DNA of 64,000 nt from the NCBI GenBank assembly GCA_964016885.1, contig OZ024741.1:161448001-161512000 (forward strand), given 5' to 3'. Shown one piece after another: positions 16,850 to 29,548 of the stretch; position 1 is the first letter of the stretch, and each line of letters begins with the position of its first letter. The position numbers and the translations under genes are program-made. This DNA is from Eledone cirrhosa (lineage: Eukaryota). A model generated the notes under the pieces. That model saw nothing but the letters and a program-made list of their open reading frames with translations, was not told where the DNA came from and searched no databases.

Positions 16850-19778
16850 CTTTAAAGCTATAGTATTAACAAAGGCAGGAAGAATACTGTAAACAAAATC
16901 ATATTTGGAATACCAATCCTAGTTTATCACTTAGACTAACAATGCCTGTAAGACAGGTGTCTTAGAGGTAGTTCGAGTTAATAATCGAATAATTAAGCTT
17001 AGATTAGTTGTAGGCAGGAGACTACTGACAATCATCTCTGCTATGCTCCCCAAACAGGCCTAGATAAAGAAGAGAAAGACTGTTTTTACGAGTGACTTTT
17101 ACAAACAGCCACAATGACAGAGAACGGAGACATCGTTATGATAGCAGGGGACTTCAATGGTCATTGGATAGCTCCAGGATGGTTACACTAGGGTACATGA
17201 TGGGCACGGTTACGGCTCAAGAAATGAAGGAGTGAGACTTCTTGAATTTTGTGATGCAACTACACTGACCATTTGCAACACTAACTTCCAGAAACCTGCC
17301 AACCACCTAATAACCTACAAATCAGGCGAGCACATAATTCCAGATGGACTTCTTACTAATTAGGCAGCGGGACAGGCAGAAGGTGTCAAATACCAAGGCA
17401 TATCCTGGGAAGAATGTACCTCACAGCATATGTTAGTCGTTAGTGATATCTCAGTAAGCAAGAGACGGAATGAGACATAGAGGAAGGTGTGAAAGAAGAA
17501 ATGTCTGGAAGCTAAAAGACCTTTCACTAAAATACAAATTTAGGAAAGCCCTTCAAGATGTATATGACGAAAAAGAAGACGATTTAGAGTCGTATGACAT
17601 AGATAACTGGAATTTCTTACGTGACAACTTACTGCAGGCTACTGATGAAACTTGTGGCTGGAGCAGAGCTCCAACCAGACAGAGAGTGACCTGGTAGTGG
17701 AACAGCATGGTAGATAGGGTCATTAGAGACAAAAGACTAGCATGGAAGGCTTGAAAAAAGGGTGGGAGTAGAGAAGGATATACAGCCACTAAGAGAGAAG
17801 CTAGACGTCAGGTGTACTAAGCACGCAGCGAGGCTGAGGGTAGGAGGTTTGCCAATGTTCTGCGATGGTGAGATCAGAGGCGTGCGGTGTTCCACTTTGC
17901 AAAGCAGTGTGTCAATGCAAATCAGGATGTTGTTGGAGATAAATGTGTCAGAATGATGCCGGTGTACTTAGTGTCTCGAATGATCAGAAAAAAAAGGCCT
18001 GGAAATGTCATTATGAGAGACTGATGAATGTGGAGAATGAATGGGAGAGTGAGAAATTACCCTCAGTAGATTCAACAAAGGACCAGCTATTGAGATTGAC
18101 GAATATAGGGTCCAAAAGGCGATTAAGGAAATGCAAAATGGTAAGGCTGCTGGACCATCAGGGATAGTTGCTGAGATGCTGAAGGCATCAGGGGACGTAG
18201 GCACTAAACTGGTTGCACGCATCATCAATCAGAGGCTATATATGGCGGTGTCATACCCAAAGACTGGTGCAGCAGTATTCTCATAAATTGCTACAAAGGT
18301 AAAGGGGATGCTCTGGAAAGGAGCAATTATAGGGTATAAAACTGATGGATCAGGTTATGAAAGTGGCAGAAAGGATATTAGTACAACTAATTAGAGAAAG
18401 GGTCAAACTAGATGAGATGCAGTTTGGTTTTGTGCCTGGGAAAAGTACAACAGATGCCCTCTTCTTGGTGAGACAATTACAAGAGAGGTTCTTAGAGAAG
18501 AATAAGCCACTATACTTAGCTTTTGTTGACCTAGAGAAGGCCTTTGATAGGGTACCCTGATCTGTCATCTGGTGGTCCCTAAGGAAACTAGGTGTTGAGG
18601 AATGGCTTGTGAGGACAGTGCAAACTTTGTACAAAGGTGCTGTCAGTAAAGTCAGGGTAGGAATGGAGTTTAGTGAGGAATTCAGATACAAGTACGAGTA
18701 CATCAAGGTTTGGTCCTCAGCCCGCACTTGTTCATTATAGTCCTCCAAGCCATAACAGAGGAGTTTAAGACTCACTGACCATGGGAACTTCTCTATGCTG
18801 ATGATCTGGTTCTTATAGCAGAATCAGTAGAGGAGCTAGAGAATAAATTCTGGCTATAGAAACAGCAGTTGGAAGCAAGAGGACTGAGAGTGAACTTAGC
18901 TAAGAAAAGTGTTGATGAGTAGAAAAGAGGACAAAACTCTGATTCCATCAGGGAAATGGCCATGTTCGATATGCAGAAAAGGAATTGGCATAAATTCTAT
19001 AAAATGCACACAATGCAGATCCTGGGTACCCAAGAGATGTAGTGGGATAGAGGCAAACTAACAGGTAGGGAAAAATACATATGCAGTAGATGTACAAGTA
19101 AATTAGACAGTAGAAGTTGCATTAATAGACACATTTTTAAATGCAGGTGGGTGCTATAGAAGTGGTTGATAGCTTCCGGTACCTAGGAGATCAGATTAGC
19201 ATGGGAGGAGGGTGTTCCGAGGCCATAGTATCTAGAATGAGGACGGGTTGGAAGAAGTTTAGGGAGCTGCTTCCTCTGCTGATGAAGAAGTGTTTCTCCC
19301 TGCGTACAAAAGGCCAGTTATATGATGCCTGTGTGAGGAACGCGATGCTGCATGGTAGAGAGACATGGGCAGCAACTGCAGAGGATATGCGACGGCTAGA
19401 GAGAAATGAGGCAAGCATACTTCGTTGGATGTGCAATGTCAATGTGCGTGAACGACCCAGCATGGATGTGTTGAGAGAGAAACTGTGTCTGAGAGAGATA
19501 GAATGTAGTGTGCGAGAGAGGAGACTGTGGTGGTATGGAGATGAAAGCGCATGGAGGATGACCGATGGGTGTAGAAATACCAGGAAATGCCAGTTGAAGG
19601 AAGACGTGGTAGAGGTAGACTACGAAAAACATGGTCGGAGGTGGTGAGAACAGACCTCAGATCGCTGAAGCCCACGGTGGAGATAACGAAGGACCGTGAC
19701 AATTGGAGAGCTGCTGTGCTGAATAAGACCCATCCTACCCTTGCAAGCAGGGAAAAGCAGACGTAAAATTATAATGAT
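16850..19778 (+). pseudogene. Older, degraded RTE LINE (EN, RT, PHD, 3' tail) with many stops and frameshifts
   Basis: Fragments [58 protein letters not shown]. Tail CCCTTGCAAGCAGGGAAAAGCAGACGTAAAA. Confidence 0.9.
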
Positions 19779-20038
19779 ATATATATATATAATATATAAT
19801 ATATATATATAATATATATATATATATAATATATATATATAATATATATAATATATATATATATATAATATATATATAATATATATAATATATATATATA
19901 TATAATATATATATATAATATATATATATAATATATATATATATAATATATATAATATATATATTATATATATTATATATATTATATATATATATATATA
20001 ATATATATAATATATATATATATATATATAATATATAT

Positions 20039-20083
<45 letters not shown>

Positions 20084-20914
20084 TATATAATATATATATA
20101 TAATATATATATATAATATATATATATATAATATATATATATAATATATATATAATATATATATATATTGATAATATATATATATATATATAACATATAT
20201 ATATATATATAATTATATATATATATATATATAATTATATATATATATATATAACATATATATATATAATTATATATATATATAATATATAATATATATA
20301 TATATATTGATAATATATATATATATATAACATATATATATATATATAATTATATATATATATATATAATATATATATATATTGATAATATATATATATA
20401 TATAACATATATATATTGATAATATATATATATATATATATATAACATATATATATATATATATATAATTATATATATATATATATAATATATATATATT
20501 GATAATATATATATATATATATATAACATATATATATATATATTGATAATATATATATATATATATATAACATATATATATATATATAATATATATTATA
20601 TATATATAATATATAGGTATATAATATATATGTATATAATATATATAATATATATATTGATAATATATATATATATATATATATAACATATATATATATA
20701 TATAATATATATTATATATATATAATATATAGGTATATAATATATATAATATATATATATATAATATATATGTATATAATATATATAATATATATATATA
20801 ATATAATATATATATATATATATATAATATATATATATATAATATATATATATATATAATATATATATATATTTAATATATATATATATTATATATATAT
20901 ATATATAATATATA
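19779..20914. repeat. (TA)n/(TATAA) microsatellite
   Basis: Seen directly in the sequence. Confidence 0.95.
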
Positions 20915-21720
20915 GTAATAATAATAAAATTGAAGACTAAAATCCAAAGAGGGCTCGATAAGGAAAATATATATCAAATATATAAGAACCGTAGAGCAAA
21001 TATTTATTAAAATAACAGATTAAAGTTTAAGCAAAGAATCGCTGCTTTCACCCTTAACGGGATCTTCTGAAACTAACAAAGTCAATCTGTAAACGCAGAA
21101 CTGGATATTTCAAAAAACGTTGCAACCGGAGGAAGACAGGAAGACGATACTTTGGTTCGTGGTAACGTTCGCTGGCAAAGAACGGGAAAAAACGAATAAT
21201 ACGTCATTAATAGGAGCGGTGAAAAACAATTACGCGCAAAGACAGAACCACGTTTATGGTATAAAAGAGGTCGTAGACTAATGTTCTCTTAGGTGGTGCG
21301 TAGAGATGTTCTCTGGCAATGAACGAAAAAACGAAGATAATAAGTCATATGAGGAGCGTGGAGAACAATAGCCCGCAAAGACAAAACCACGTAAATGGTA
21401 TAGCAGAAATTATAGACTAAAATTCTAACTAGGAGACCAAATGAATCTCCGCTACAGAGTTAAGGACAAAGTAAATAAATACAACACAGAAGTAATAGAA
21501 ACAAATAAATACATACACGCAAACAGATACGTACATACACAAGCATACGCAAAACCTTACCATGGGTATACAAAACCACGCACATATAAATATGTGTGTG
21601 TGTGTATGCTTGTGTACAAATAAATAAATAATTATATAAACGTATATATGTAAATAAATACGTATATAACAAGCGCACACGCATACCTACATATAAATAC
21701 ACGAATGTTCGGAGCAGCGT
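20915..21720 (-). mobile_element. Inverted Penelope-like pLTR with tail, internal ~140-bp tandem repeat and HHR
   Basis: Reverse-complement homolog of 25610-26108. Directly abuts a plus-strand GIY-YIG fragment, the known inverted-pLTR layout of 5'-truncated Penelope-like elements. Confidence 0.75.
21024..21074 (-). ncRNA. Hammerhead ribozyme with variant core CAGAAGA (U4A)
   Basis: Minus strand AGTTT-CAGAAGA-TCCC GTTAA GGGT-GAAA-GCA GCGATTCTT TGC-TT-AAACT. Confidence 0.7.
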
Positions 21721-21726
21721 CTTTAC

Positions 21727-22023
21727 ATGCATACCCATTCTTTTCGTTACCCTCTAAGAAGGAATATGACGTCACTTTCAGCTTATATCTGGAGTCTAAA
21801 AGACAACCACACCCAATATAAGTTACACTGGGAGATCCTAGCTAGGGCTAGATCGTATAACGGAAATAAAAGACCATGTGACCTCTGCGCCGCTGAGGCC
21901 CTGGAAATACTCTACGCTACAGACCACATCTTAAACAAAAAATCTGAGGCAATTTCGGCTTGTAAACATAAATTGCACAAAACTTTCCTGTATTACAGCC
22001 CCACGTTATACCCTAACGGATAG
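21727..22023 (+). pseudogene. C-terminal GIY-YIG endonuclease fragment of a Penelope-like element
   Basis: H.HSFR...TSLSAYIW.LK...W.IL.RA.SY....CDLC.AE.L.I...LNKKSE...CKH, homologous to 36661-37359 and 62507-62902. Confidence 0.85.
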
Positions 22024-22073
22024 CACGATCTATACGTGGATATTTTACGTCTTGATGTGGGAGCTAAGTATAT

Positions 22074-22273
22074 NNNNNNNNNNNNNNNNNNNNNNNNNNN
22101 NNNNNNNNNNNNNNNNNNNNNNNNNNNNNNNNNNNNNNNNNNNNNNNNNNNNNNNNNNNNNNNNNNNNNNNNNNNNNNNNNNNNNNNNNNNNNNNNNNNN
22201 NNNNNNNNNNNNNNNNNNNNNNNNNNNNNNNNNNNNNNNNNNNNNNNNNNNNNNNNNNNNNNNNNNNNNNNNN
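22074..22273. other. Assembly gap (200 N)
   Basis: Run of N. Confidence 1.
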
Positions 22274-23377
22274 TCACAGGTAAGCTAACTAAGAACATAG
22301 ATTTTACATGTGGCCGGTGCTCTGGTGCAATAAGTAGCAGCAAGTGCCCACAAACTACTAGCTCTTTCAATTGCGCAGAGGGTTCTATAGAAATAGTGGA
22401 CAGCTTCCGTTACCTGGGCGATAAAATCAGCAGTGGGGGAGGGTGCTCTGAAAGTACTGTAGCTAGAGTCAGAACTGGTTGGAAAAAGTTCAGAGAGCTT
22501 ATACCACTATTAGCTGCTAAAGGGTTCTCACTAAAAATGAAAGGCAGGTTGTACGATGCCTGCATACGAACAGCAATGCTGCATGGCAGTGAGACCTGGG
22601 CATTGTGTGCAGAGGATATACGCAGACTAGAGAGGAACGAAGCTTGCATGCTCCGCTGGATGTGTAACAGTAATATACGTGAACGGCAAAGCATGAACGA
22701 ACTAAGGAAAAAATTAGAGATAAGAGGGATCAGATGTTGTTTACTCGAGAGAAGGCTACGTTGGTATGGACACGTGATGCGCATGAAAGTCGATAGCTGT
22801 ATAACAAAGTGCAGGGCAATAAAGATAGACGGTAGTCACGGAATAGGCAGACCTAGAAAAACCTGGGACGAGCTGATAAACTCCGACATCACACACTTAC
22901 ACCTCTCCAAGACAATGTCACTGGACCGAGACCTTTGGCGGTACTCAGTAACAGAGAAGACCCGCCTTACCTAAATATATAGTAAAACCTACTCCAGCCA
23001 GTAGGCATCTCTAACAAAATACACCCCGTCCCACCACCACCACCCCCACCCGATCCACACCACCCCGTTCTATGTAAAGTTATGTTGGTGCCGCGCCATC
23101 GAGGCCGAAACAAATGAGATCGTGTAGGTGTCACGACAAAAAAACACACAGTCCACGCTGTAATGTGGCCGTGTAGGCAACACGGTAAAAACCTCCCAGA
23201 CCCACACTGTAAATGTGGTTGGTGTTAGGAAGGGCATCCAACTGTAGAAAACCTGCCAGACAGTCCTATGCGAGCAAGACAATCACTCTTGCCTCAAGTG
23301 GGACTACCCCCGTCCAAACCCATGCAAGCGTGGAACACGGACGTTAAACGTTGATGATGATGATGATGATGATGATA
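22274..23377 (+). mobile_element. RTE-a LINE copy 3 (3' part; 5' end lost in the gap)
   Basis: Nearly identical to the reverse complement of 6410-7503; ends in (GAT)n. Confidence 0.95.
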
Positions 23378-23520
23378 TATATAGTATATATATATATTAT
23401 ATATATAATATATATAATATAATATATATAATATATATATATTATATATAATATATATAATATATATATATTATATATAATATATATAATATATATATAT
23501 AATATATATATATATATATA

Positions 23521-23561
<41 letters not shown>

Positions 23562-23865
23562 TAATATATAATATATATATATAATATATATAATATATAT
23601 ATATATAATATATATAATATATAATCTATACAATATATATAATATATAATATATATAATATATAATCTATACAATATATATAATATATAATATATATAAT
23701 ATATAATATATATAATATATATATATATAATATATATAATATATAATATATATATATATATAATATATAATATATATAATATATATATATATAATATATA
23801 TAATATATATATATAATATATATATATAATATATATAATATATATAATATATATATATATAGATA
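23378..23865. repeat. (TA)n/(TATAA) microsatellite
   Basis: Seen directly in the sequence. Confidence 0.95.
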
Positions 23866-25057
23866 TTGGGAAATGGCCATGCTCAGTGTGTAGGAAAGGA
23901 GTAGGCAGAAACTCCATTTAATGTCCCAAATGCAAAGTATGTGTGCATAAAAGATGTAGTGGGATCACAGGCAAGCTAACTAAGAATATAGATTTTATAT
24001 GTGGCCGGTGCTCTGGTGAAATAAGTAGCAGCAAATGCCCACAGAATACTAGCTCACTCCATTGCCCAGATGGTTCTATAGAAATAGTGGACACTTTCCG
24101 TTACCTGGGTGACAAAATCAGCAGTGGTGGAGGGTGCTCTGAAAGTACTGTAGCTAGAGTCAGAACGGGATGGAAAAAGTTCAGAGAACGTATACCACTA
24201 TTAGCCGCTAAAGGTTTCTCTCTAAAAATATAAGGCAGGCTGTATGATGCCTGCATATGAACAGCGATGTTACATGGCAGTGAGACATAGGCCTTGTGTG
24301 CAGAGGATCTAAGCAGATTGGAGAGGAACGAAGCTTGCATGCTCCGTTGGATATGTAATAGTAATATACGCAAACGGTAAAGCATAAATAAATGAACTAA
24401 GTGAGAAATTAGGAATAAGAGGGATCAGATGGTGTTTACTCGAGAGAAGACTACGTTGGTATGGTCATGTGATGCACATGAAAGATGACAGCTGTATAAA
24501 AAAAGTGCAGGGCGATCAAAATAGACGGTAGCTACAGAGTAGGCAGACACAGAAAAACCTGGGACGACTTGATAAAATCCGACCTCACACACTTACACCT
24601 CTCCAAGATAATGTCACTGGACCGAGATCTTTGGTGCTACGTAGTAATACAGAAGACCCACCTTGCCTAAGTACAATGCGAAACCAAAGTCAGTAGGCAC
24701 CTCTTAACCAAAATACATCTCCGCCCCACTAATCCAACCCCCACCGCCATCTACACCACCCCTTTCAATGTAAAGCTATGTTGGTACCACAACATCCAGT
24801 CCTAAATAAATGAGGTGGTGTAGGTGTCACGACAAAAAAACACACAGTCCACGCTGTAATGTGGCTGTGTAGGTTACACGGTAAAAACCTCCCAGTCCAC
24901 ACTGTAAACGTGGTTGGTGTTAGGAAGGGCATCCAGCCGTAGAAAACCCGCCAGACAGTCCTGAGCAAGACAACCAATCTTGCCTCAAGTGGGACAATTC
25001 CCATCCAGACCCATGCTAGCGTAGAAAATGGACGTTAAACGATGCTGATGATGTTGA
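23866..25057 (+). mobile_element. RTE-a LINE copy 4, 5'-truncated at the PHD finger, with stops
   Basis: GKWPCSVC...HKRC...FRYLG, then 3' UTR and GATG tail. Confidence 0.92.
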
Positions 25058-25084
25058 TATATATATAATAATAATAATAATAAT

Positions 25085-25292
25085 AGTATTAATAATAAAT
25101 TTGAAGACTAAAATCCAAAGAGGGCTCGATAAGGATAAATATATATCAAATATATAAGAACCGTAGAGCAAATATTTATTAAAATAACATATTAAAGTTT
25201 AAGCAGAAGATTAAAGTTTAAGCAGAAGATCCCGTTAAGGGCGAAAGCAACGATTCTTTGCTTAAACTTTAATCTGTTATTTTAATAAATAT
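25085..25292. mobile_element. Mini fold-back of the 20915 pLTR family (tail + inverted arm + HHR)
   Basis: 25085-25204 matches 20915-21032, then the strand switches; the right arm ends at AATAAATAT in (TA)n. Confidence 0.75.
25215..25268 (+). ncRNA. Hammerhead ribozyme, CAGAAGA variant
   Basis: CAGAAGA-TCCC GTTAA GGGC-GAAA-GCAA CGATTCT TTGC-TT-AAACT; the 5' side of stem I is disturbed by the fold-back junction. Confidence 0.6.
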
Positions 25293-25609
25293 ATAATATA
25301 TATAATATATATAATATACATAATATATATATAATATATATAATATATATATAATATATATAATATATATATAATATATAATATATATACACATATATAT
25401 ATATATATATATAATATATATACACATATATACACATATATATATAATATATATACACATATATATATAATTTATAATATATACGCATATATACACATAT
25501 ATATATACACATATATATATATAATATATATATATATATATTATATATATTATATAATATATATACACATATATATATAATATATATACATATATATATA
25601 TTATATATA

Positions 25610-26102
25610 TTTCAATTACCTCTGTATTTTATTTACTTTATTCTTAACTCTGAAGCCGAGAATCATTCAGTTTCCTAGTTAGAATTTTAGTCTACGACTT
25701 CAGTTATACCATTTACGAGATTTTGTCTTTGCGTGCTATTGTTCTCCACGCTCCACGTATGACGTTTTATCTTCATTTTTCCGTTCATTGCCAGAGAACG
25801 GCTCTATGAACCAACTAAGAGAATATTAGTCTACGACTTCTTTTATACCATAAACGTCGTTTTGTCTTTGCGTGTAATTGTTTTTCACCGCTCCAAATAA
25901 TGACGTATTATATTCGTTTTTTTCCCGTTCTTTGGCAGGGAACGTTTCCACGAACCAAAGTATCGTCTTCCTGTCTTCCTCCGGTTGCAACGTTTTTTGA
26001 AATATTCACTTCTGCATCCACAAATTGACTTTGATAGTTTCAGAAGATGCCGTTAAGGGTGAAAGCAGCGATTCTTTGCTTAAACTTTAACCTGTTATTT
26101 TA

Positions 26103-26108
<6 letters not shown>
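25610..26108 (+). mobile_element. Penelope-like pLTR copy (same family as 20915-21720)
   Basis: Diverged reverse complement of ~21000-21500; ends in HHR, AATAAA and (TA)n. Confidence 0.75.
26036..26086 (+). ncRNA. Hammerhead ribozyme, CAGAAGA variant
   Basis: AGTTT-CAGAAGA-TGCC GTTAA GGGT-GAAA-GCA..TGC-TT-AAACT. Confidence 0.65.
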
Positions 26109-26168
<60 letters not shown>

Positions 26169-26611
26169 ACACATTAACGAAGCCATAGACTCTCGTCATT
26201 CCCTGTAAATAATGTGCTCAAAGGAGAGGAAATCCTGAGCTATATATATATATATACATATATATATATAAACGGAAAAAAATGAAACGAAATTTTATTT
26301 CTCACTCTTAGTACGGTTGTTACTTAAATATAAGTATGTATACGTACATACATATATGTATACAGACGTACAGTAGTATGTATATATATATACATACATG
26401 CACACATATATATATGTACGTATGGATTCACCGAACATTTATTATAATATATATATATAATATATATATATATACATATATATAATATATATATATATAC
26501 ACATATATATATTATATAATATATATATTATATATAAACATACACATATATTATATATATGAATGAAATATACACATATATTATTTTTATATATACGCAT
26601 ATATAATTAAT

Positions 26612-26771
26612 AATTATAGAAAGAGGAATATAGATTATGACCTGACCTGGAGTGTGCTCAAAAGGGTCACCCCTTATCAAAATAATAGATATGAATGTAG
26701 ATTATGTTCCCAAGAACTTTTTGAAATAATGAAATCTAAGGATATCCTATTAAATAAGCGACAGGAATTAA
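26612..26771 (+). pseudogene. GIY-YIG C-terminal remnant of a Penelope-like element
   Basis: YDLTWSVLKRVTPY...CRLCSQELFEI....LLNKRQEL. Confidence 0.7.
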
Positions 26772-26950
26772 TAATTGTTTCTACTTTAGGCACAAGGCCA
26801 GCAATTACCCAGTGCATTATTGGTACTTTATTTTATCGACCCCGTAAGGATGAAAGGCAAAGTCAACCTCGGCGGGATTTGAACTCAGATCGTAAAGGGA
26901 CGTAACTATGCTGGAAAGCATGGCGTCTGACTCTCTACCGATACTGCCAA
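26772..26950 (-). mobile_element. SINE family B
   Basis: Minus strand GAGTTCAAATCCCGCCGAGGTTGACTTTGCCTTTCATCCTTACGGGGTCGATAAAATAAAGTACC...GGCCTTGTGCC..AGAAAC. Confidence 0.8.
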
Positions 26951-27200
26951 AATCATAAACTGAGAAAAACCTTTAAATATTATAAACCTAATTAATATAT
27001 ATTTTAGAAATTAATATAAAAACTTTTTTTAATTTAGTTAACCTATAATTAATATTCTACTACTGATGAACTACATAATTTTACTTTCCTTCTTACAACT
27101 ATCTTTTCCTTAAATTGATACCATTAAGTAAACATATATAATGTTTTAATTTCAGGTTATGATTCTATGTTCCTTGAAATCTATATATATTTATTATTTA

Positions 27201-27637
27201 TTGGCGGTACTCAGTAACAGAGAAGACCCGCCTTACCTAAATATATAGTAAAACCTACTCCAGCCAGTAGGCATCTCTAACAAAATACACCCCGTTCCAC
27301 CACCACCACCCCCCACCCCATCCACACCACCCCGTTCTATGTAAAGTTATGTTGGTGCCGCGCCATCGAGGCCGAAACAAATGAGATCGTGTAGGTGTCA
27401 CGACAAAAAAACACACAGTCCACACTGTAATGTGGCCGTGTAGGCAACACGGTAAAAACCTCCCAGACCCACACTGTAAATGTGGTTGGTGTTAGGAAGG
27501 GCATCCAGCTGTAGAAAACCTGCCAGACAGTCCTATGCGAGCAAGACAATCACTCTTGCCTCAAGTGGGACTACCCCCGTCCAAACCCATGCAAGCGTGG
27601 AACACGGACGTTAAACGTTGATGATGATGATGATGAT
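27201..27637 (+). mobile_element. RTE-a LINE copy 5 (last codons + 3' UTR + (GAT)n)
   Basis: Near-identical to 22935-23377. Confidence 0.93.
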
Positions 27638-27750
27638 TTCTCACTAATAAATTTATATATATATACGTTAGACTCTTAGAGCTTATTTTGCGGGTGATAT
27701 GGCGCATGACTTTCTGGCATGACACCCATAATTTTGATTATCTTAATTTT

Positions 27751-27792
<42 letters not shown>

Positions 27793-27796
<4 letters not shown>

Positions 27797-28332
27797 AAAA
27801 AGGGATGAAATCGAAAATGCAACTGGAGTCTTATTTTTTTTTTAAATATATTTATTTGGTTCCTTTACCGGTTTCGCAGTTCTTCTGCTTTTCAAAAGTA
27901 GAGTTGAGATGGAGGGTCTGTGGTTTTTCTCACATCTGGTTGGTCTCTGAATATTACTTGTTTTATATGGAAAAAGTGGCTCGAAATGCCAGGTTTTTCG
28001 AGAAGTAATTTGATTGGTTGGTCAATAATTATAATAAATTTCGCGCCAGTTTGCGTTACAATAGTTCTTCAAATAAGAGGGGGGGGGGGGGGGGTCACAG
28101 GTTGTTTTTTCATATATGAGTGTTTGAATTTCTTTTTACTTGAAAAAAGGGGCTCACGAAGGCTTTTTTTAAAATAAGCGTAATTTGATTGGTTATAAAT
28201 GAAATTATGGCTGTCACGTGAACAAGTTTTCATTAAATTTCCGCGCCCTTATTTGGAAATCCATTCTGTAGCCTTTTTAGAGAATTTCTAAAAAGGCTAC
28301 AGAATGGATTTCCAAATAAGGGCGCGAAAATT
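27793..28332 (-). mobile_element. Penelope-like pLTR-type element with U3-A8 HHR, capped by a ~97-bp palindrome (28236-28332)
   Basis: Homologous to 56557-57035. Palindrome arms GCGCCCTTATTTGGAAATCCATTCTGTAGCCTTTTTAGA around GAATT. Confidence 0.65.
27863..27898 (-). ncRNA. Minimal hammerhead ribozyme with U3-A8 core (UUGAAAA)
   Basis: Minus strand CTT-TTGAAAA-GCAG AAGAA CTGC-GAAA-CCGG-TA-AAG, then AAATAAA. Confidence 0.75.
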
Positions 28333-28989
28333 ACATGTGGAGATCTCCGGCTACATCTTACGAAAAATCCAGCCTGACGTCAAAGAGTTAGCTAGACTCC
28401 ATAAAGTTCAAGGGTCCCATTGAAATGAGGTCAAAGTTAAAGTAAGTTGATTTATCCGAAAACTTAGATAAACTAACAATTTTTTATATTTGTAGTTGCA
28501 GTCTGACTGGACTGGAAACCATCTACTACAATTCACTTACTCATTTGTTGTATATATTTTACCATTTACTAATAAATATACCCTTCCACGTGGTCATGAA
28601 AACCCTCTTCCATGGTCGCTAAGCTCACAAAGCAGAGGGGACATCAAGTTAGATATCAACATTTATTCTGTCTGTTTCATTAAAGGGAAAATTGGAAAGC
28701 TTTGAAATGATATAATTGCCACTTTCTTCCAGATAAGAGCACTCTTTGGATAGACAGAGTTGCTTTTGTATAAATGTTCAAAATAGTTGGTATCGCCTGG
28801 TGGGAATATAACAAATTCAACTGGTCCTTATTCATAAAAAAGAACATTTATGTTCCTTTTTTTTGAAATTTATATATTTCCTTTCAGGGAATGTATTTAT
28901 ACTCTCAGCTGCCTGCAATGGTATCTTTGGAATATTGTTAATCAATTTTTTAGTAATCTACAGATATCAAAATCAGTAGTATATTGAAA

Positions 28990-29074
28990 AATGGAAAAAT
29001 AGGGTAGGGGGGGGCGTTTCGAAATTTCGAGGGACAAAAGGGGGCGTTTGGCCTAAATGGGTTGAGAACCTGTG
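28990..29074 (+). mobile_element. hAT/Charlie-like DNA transposon terminus
   Basis: G-rich subterminal runs, then GGTTGAGAACCTGTG (compare GGTTGAGAACCACTG) and GTTTAGAT resembling the NTCTAGAN target. Confidence 0.45.
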
Positions 29075-29400
29075 GTTTAGATGACTCCTAACCAGTAGAG
29101 GATCTCAATTTAAGAATGACCTGTAGTATTTATTTCATACTATTAACCTTATTTAAAAATATATCTGACCAAGAATGCCTTTTGTGAAAATCAGTCATGT
29201 GGAACTATTGTCATCTTGCCTGACGGTTTGAACCCTACAGAACCACCTGCCTCTTTGAGGTCAAATACCAACCTACTACCATCTACAAACTGACCAATGA
29301 GAATCAAGACTATTCCTGCTGACAACATCAAAATATTCCTAACAAGCTCTGATACCATCAACACTATACACACAGAGCTGGCATATCTAAGAACTGACTA

Positions 29401-29456
29401 ACTGCCTGATGACGTCATAGCCATTCAATGGCTATCATCGAAATATATATAGCAGT
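29401..29456 (+). ncRNA. Minimal type-I hammerhead ribozyme (relative of 13970)
   Basis: ACTGC-CTGATGA-[CGTCATAGCCA TTCAA TGGCTATCATC]-GAAA-TATATA-TA-GCAGT, then AAATAAA. Confidence 0.88.
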
Positions 29457-29548
29457 AAATAAAGGATTATGAGTTCATGCAATTGACTTATGTTTCGTCA
29501 CTATATAGATAGATATATAGATATATAGATATATGCATACACACACAT

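Noticed and set aside
22036-22974. 312-aa ORF spanning the gap
   Set aside because: Artefact of translating across Ns; it joins a Penelope flank to an RTE fragment.
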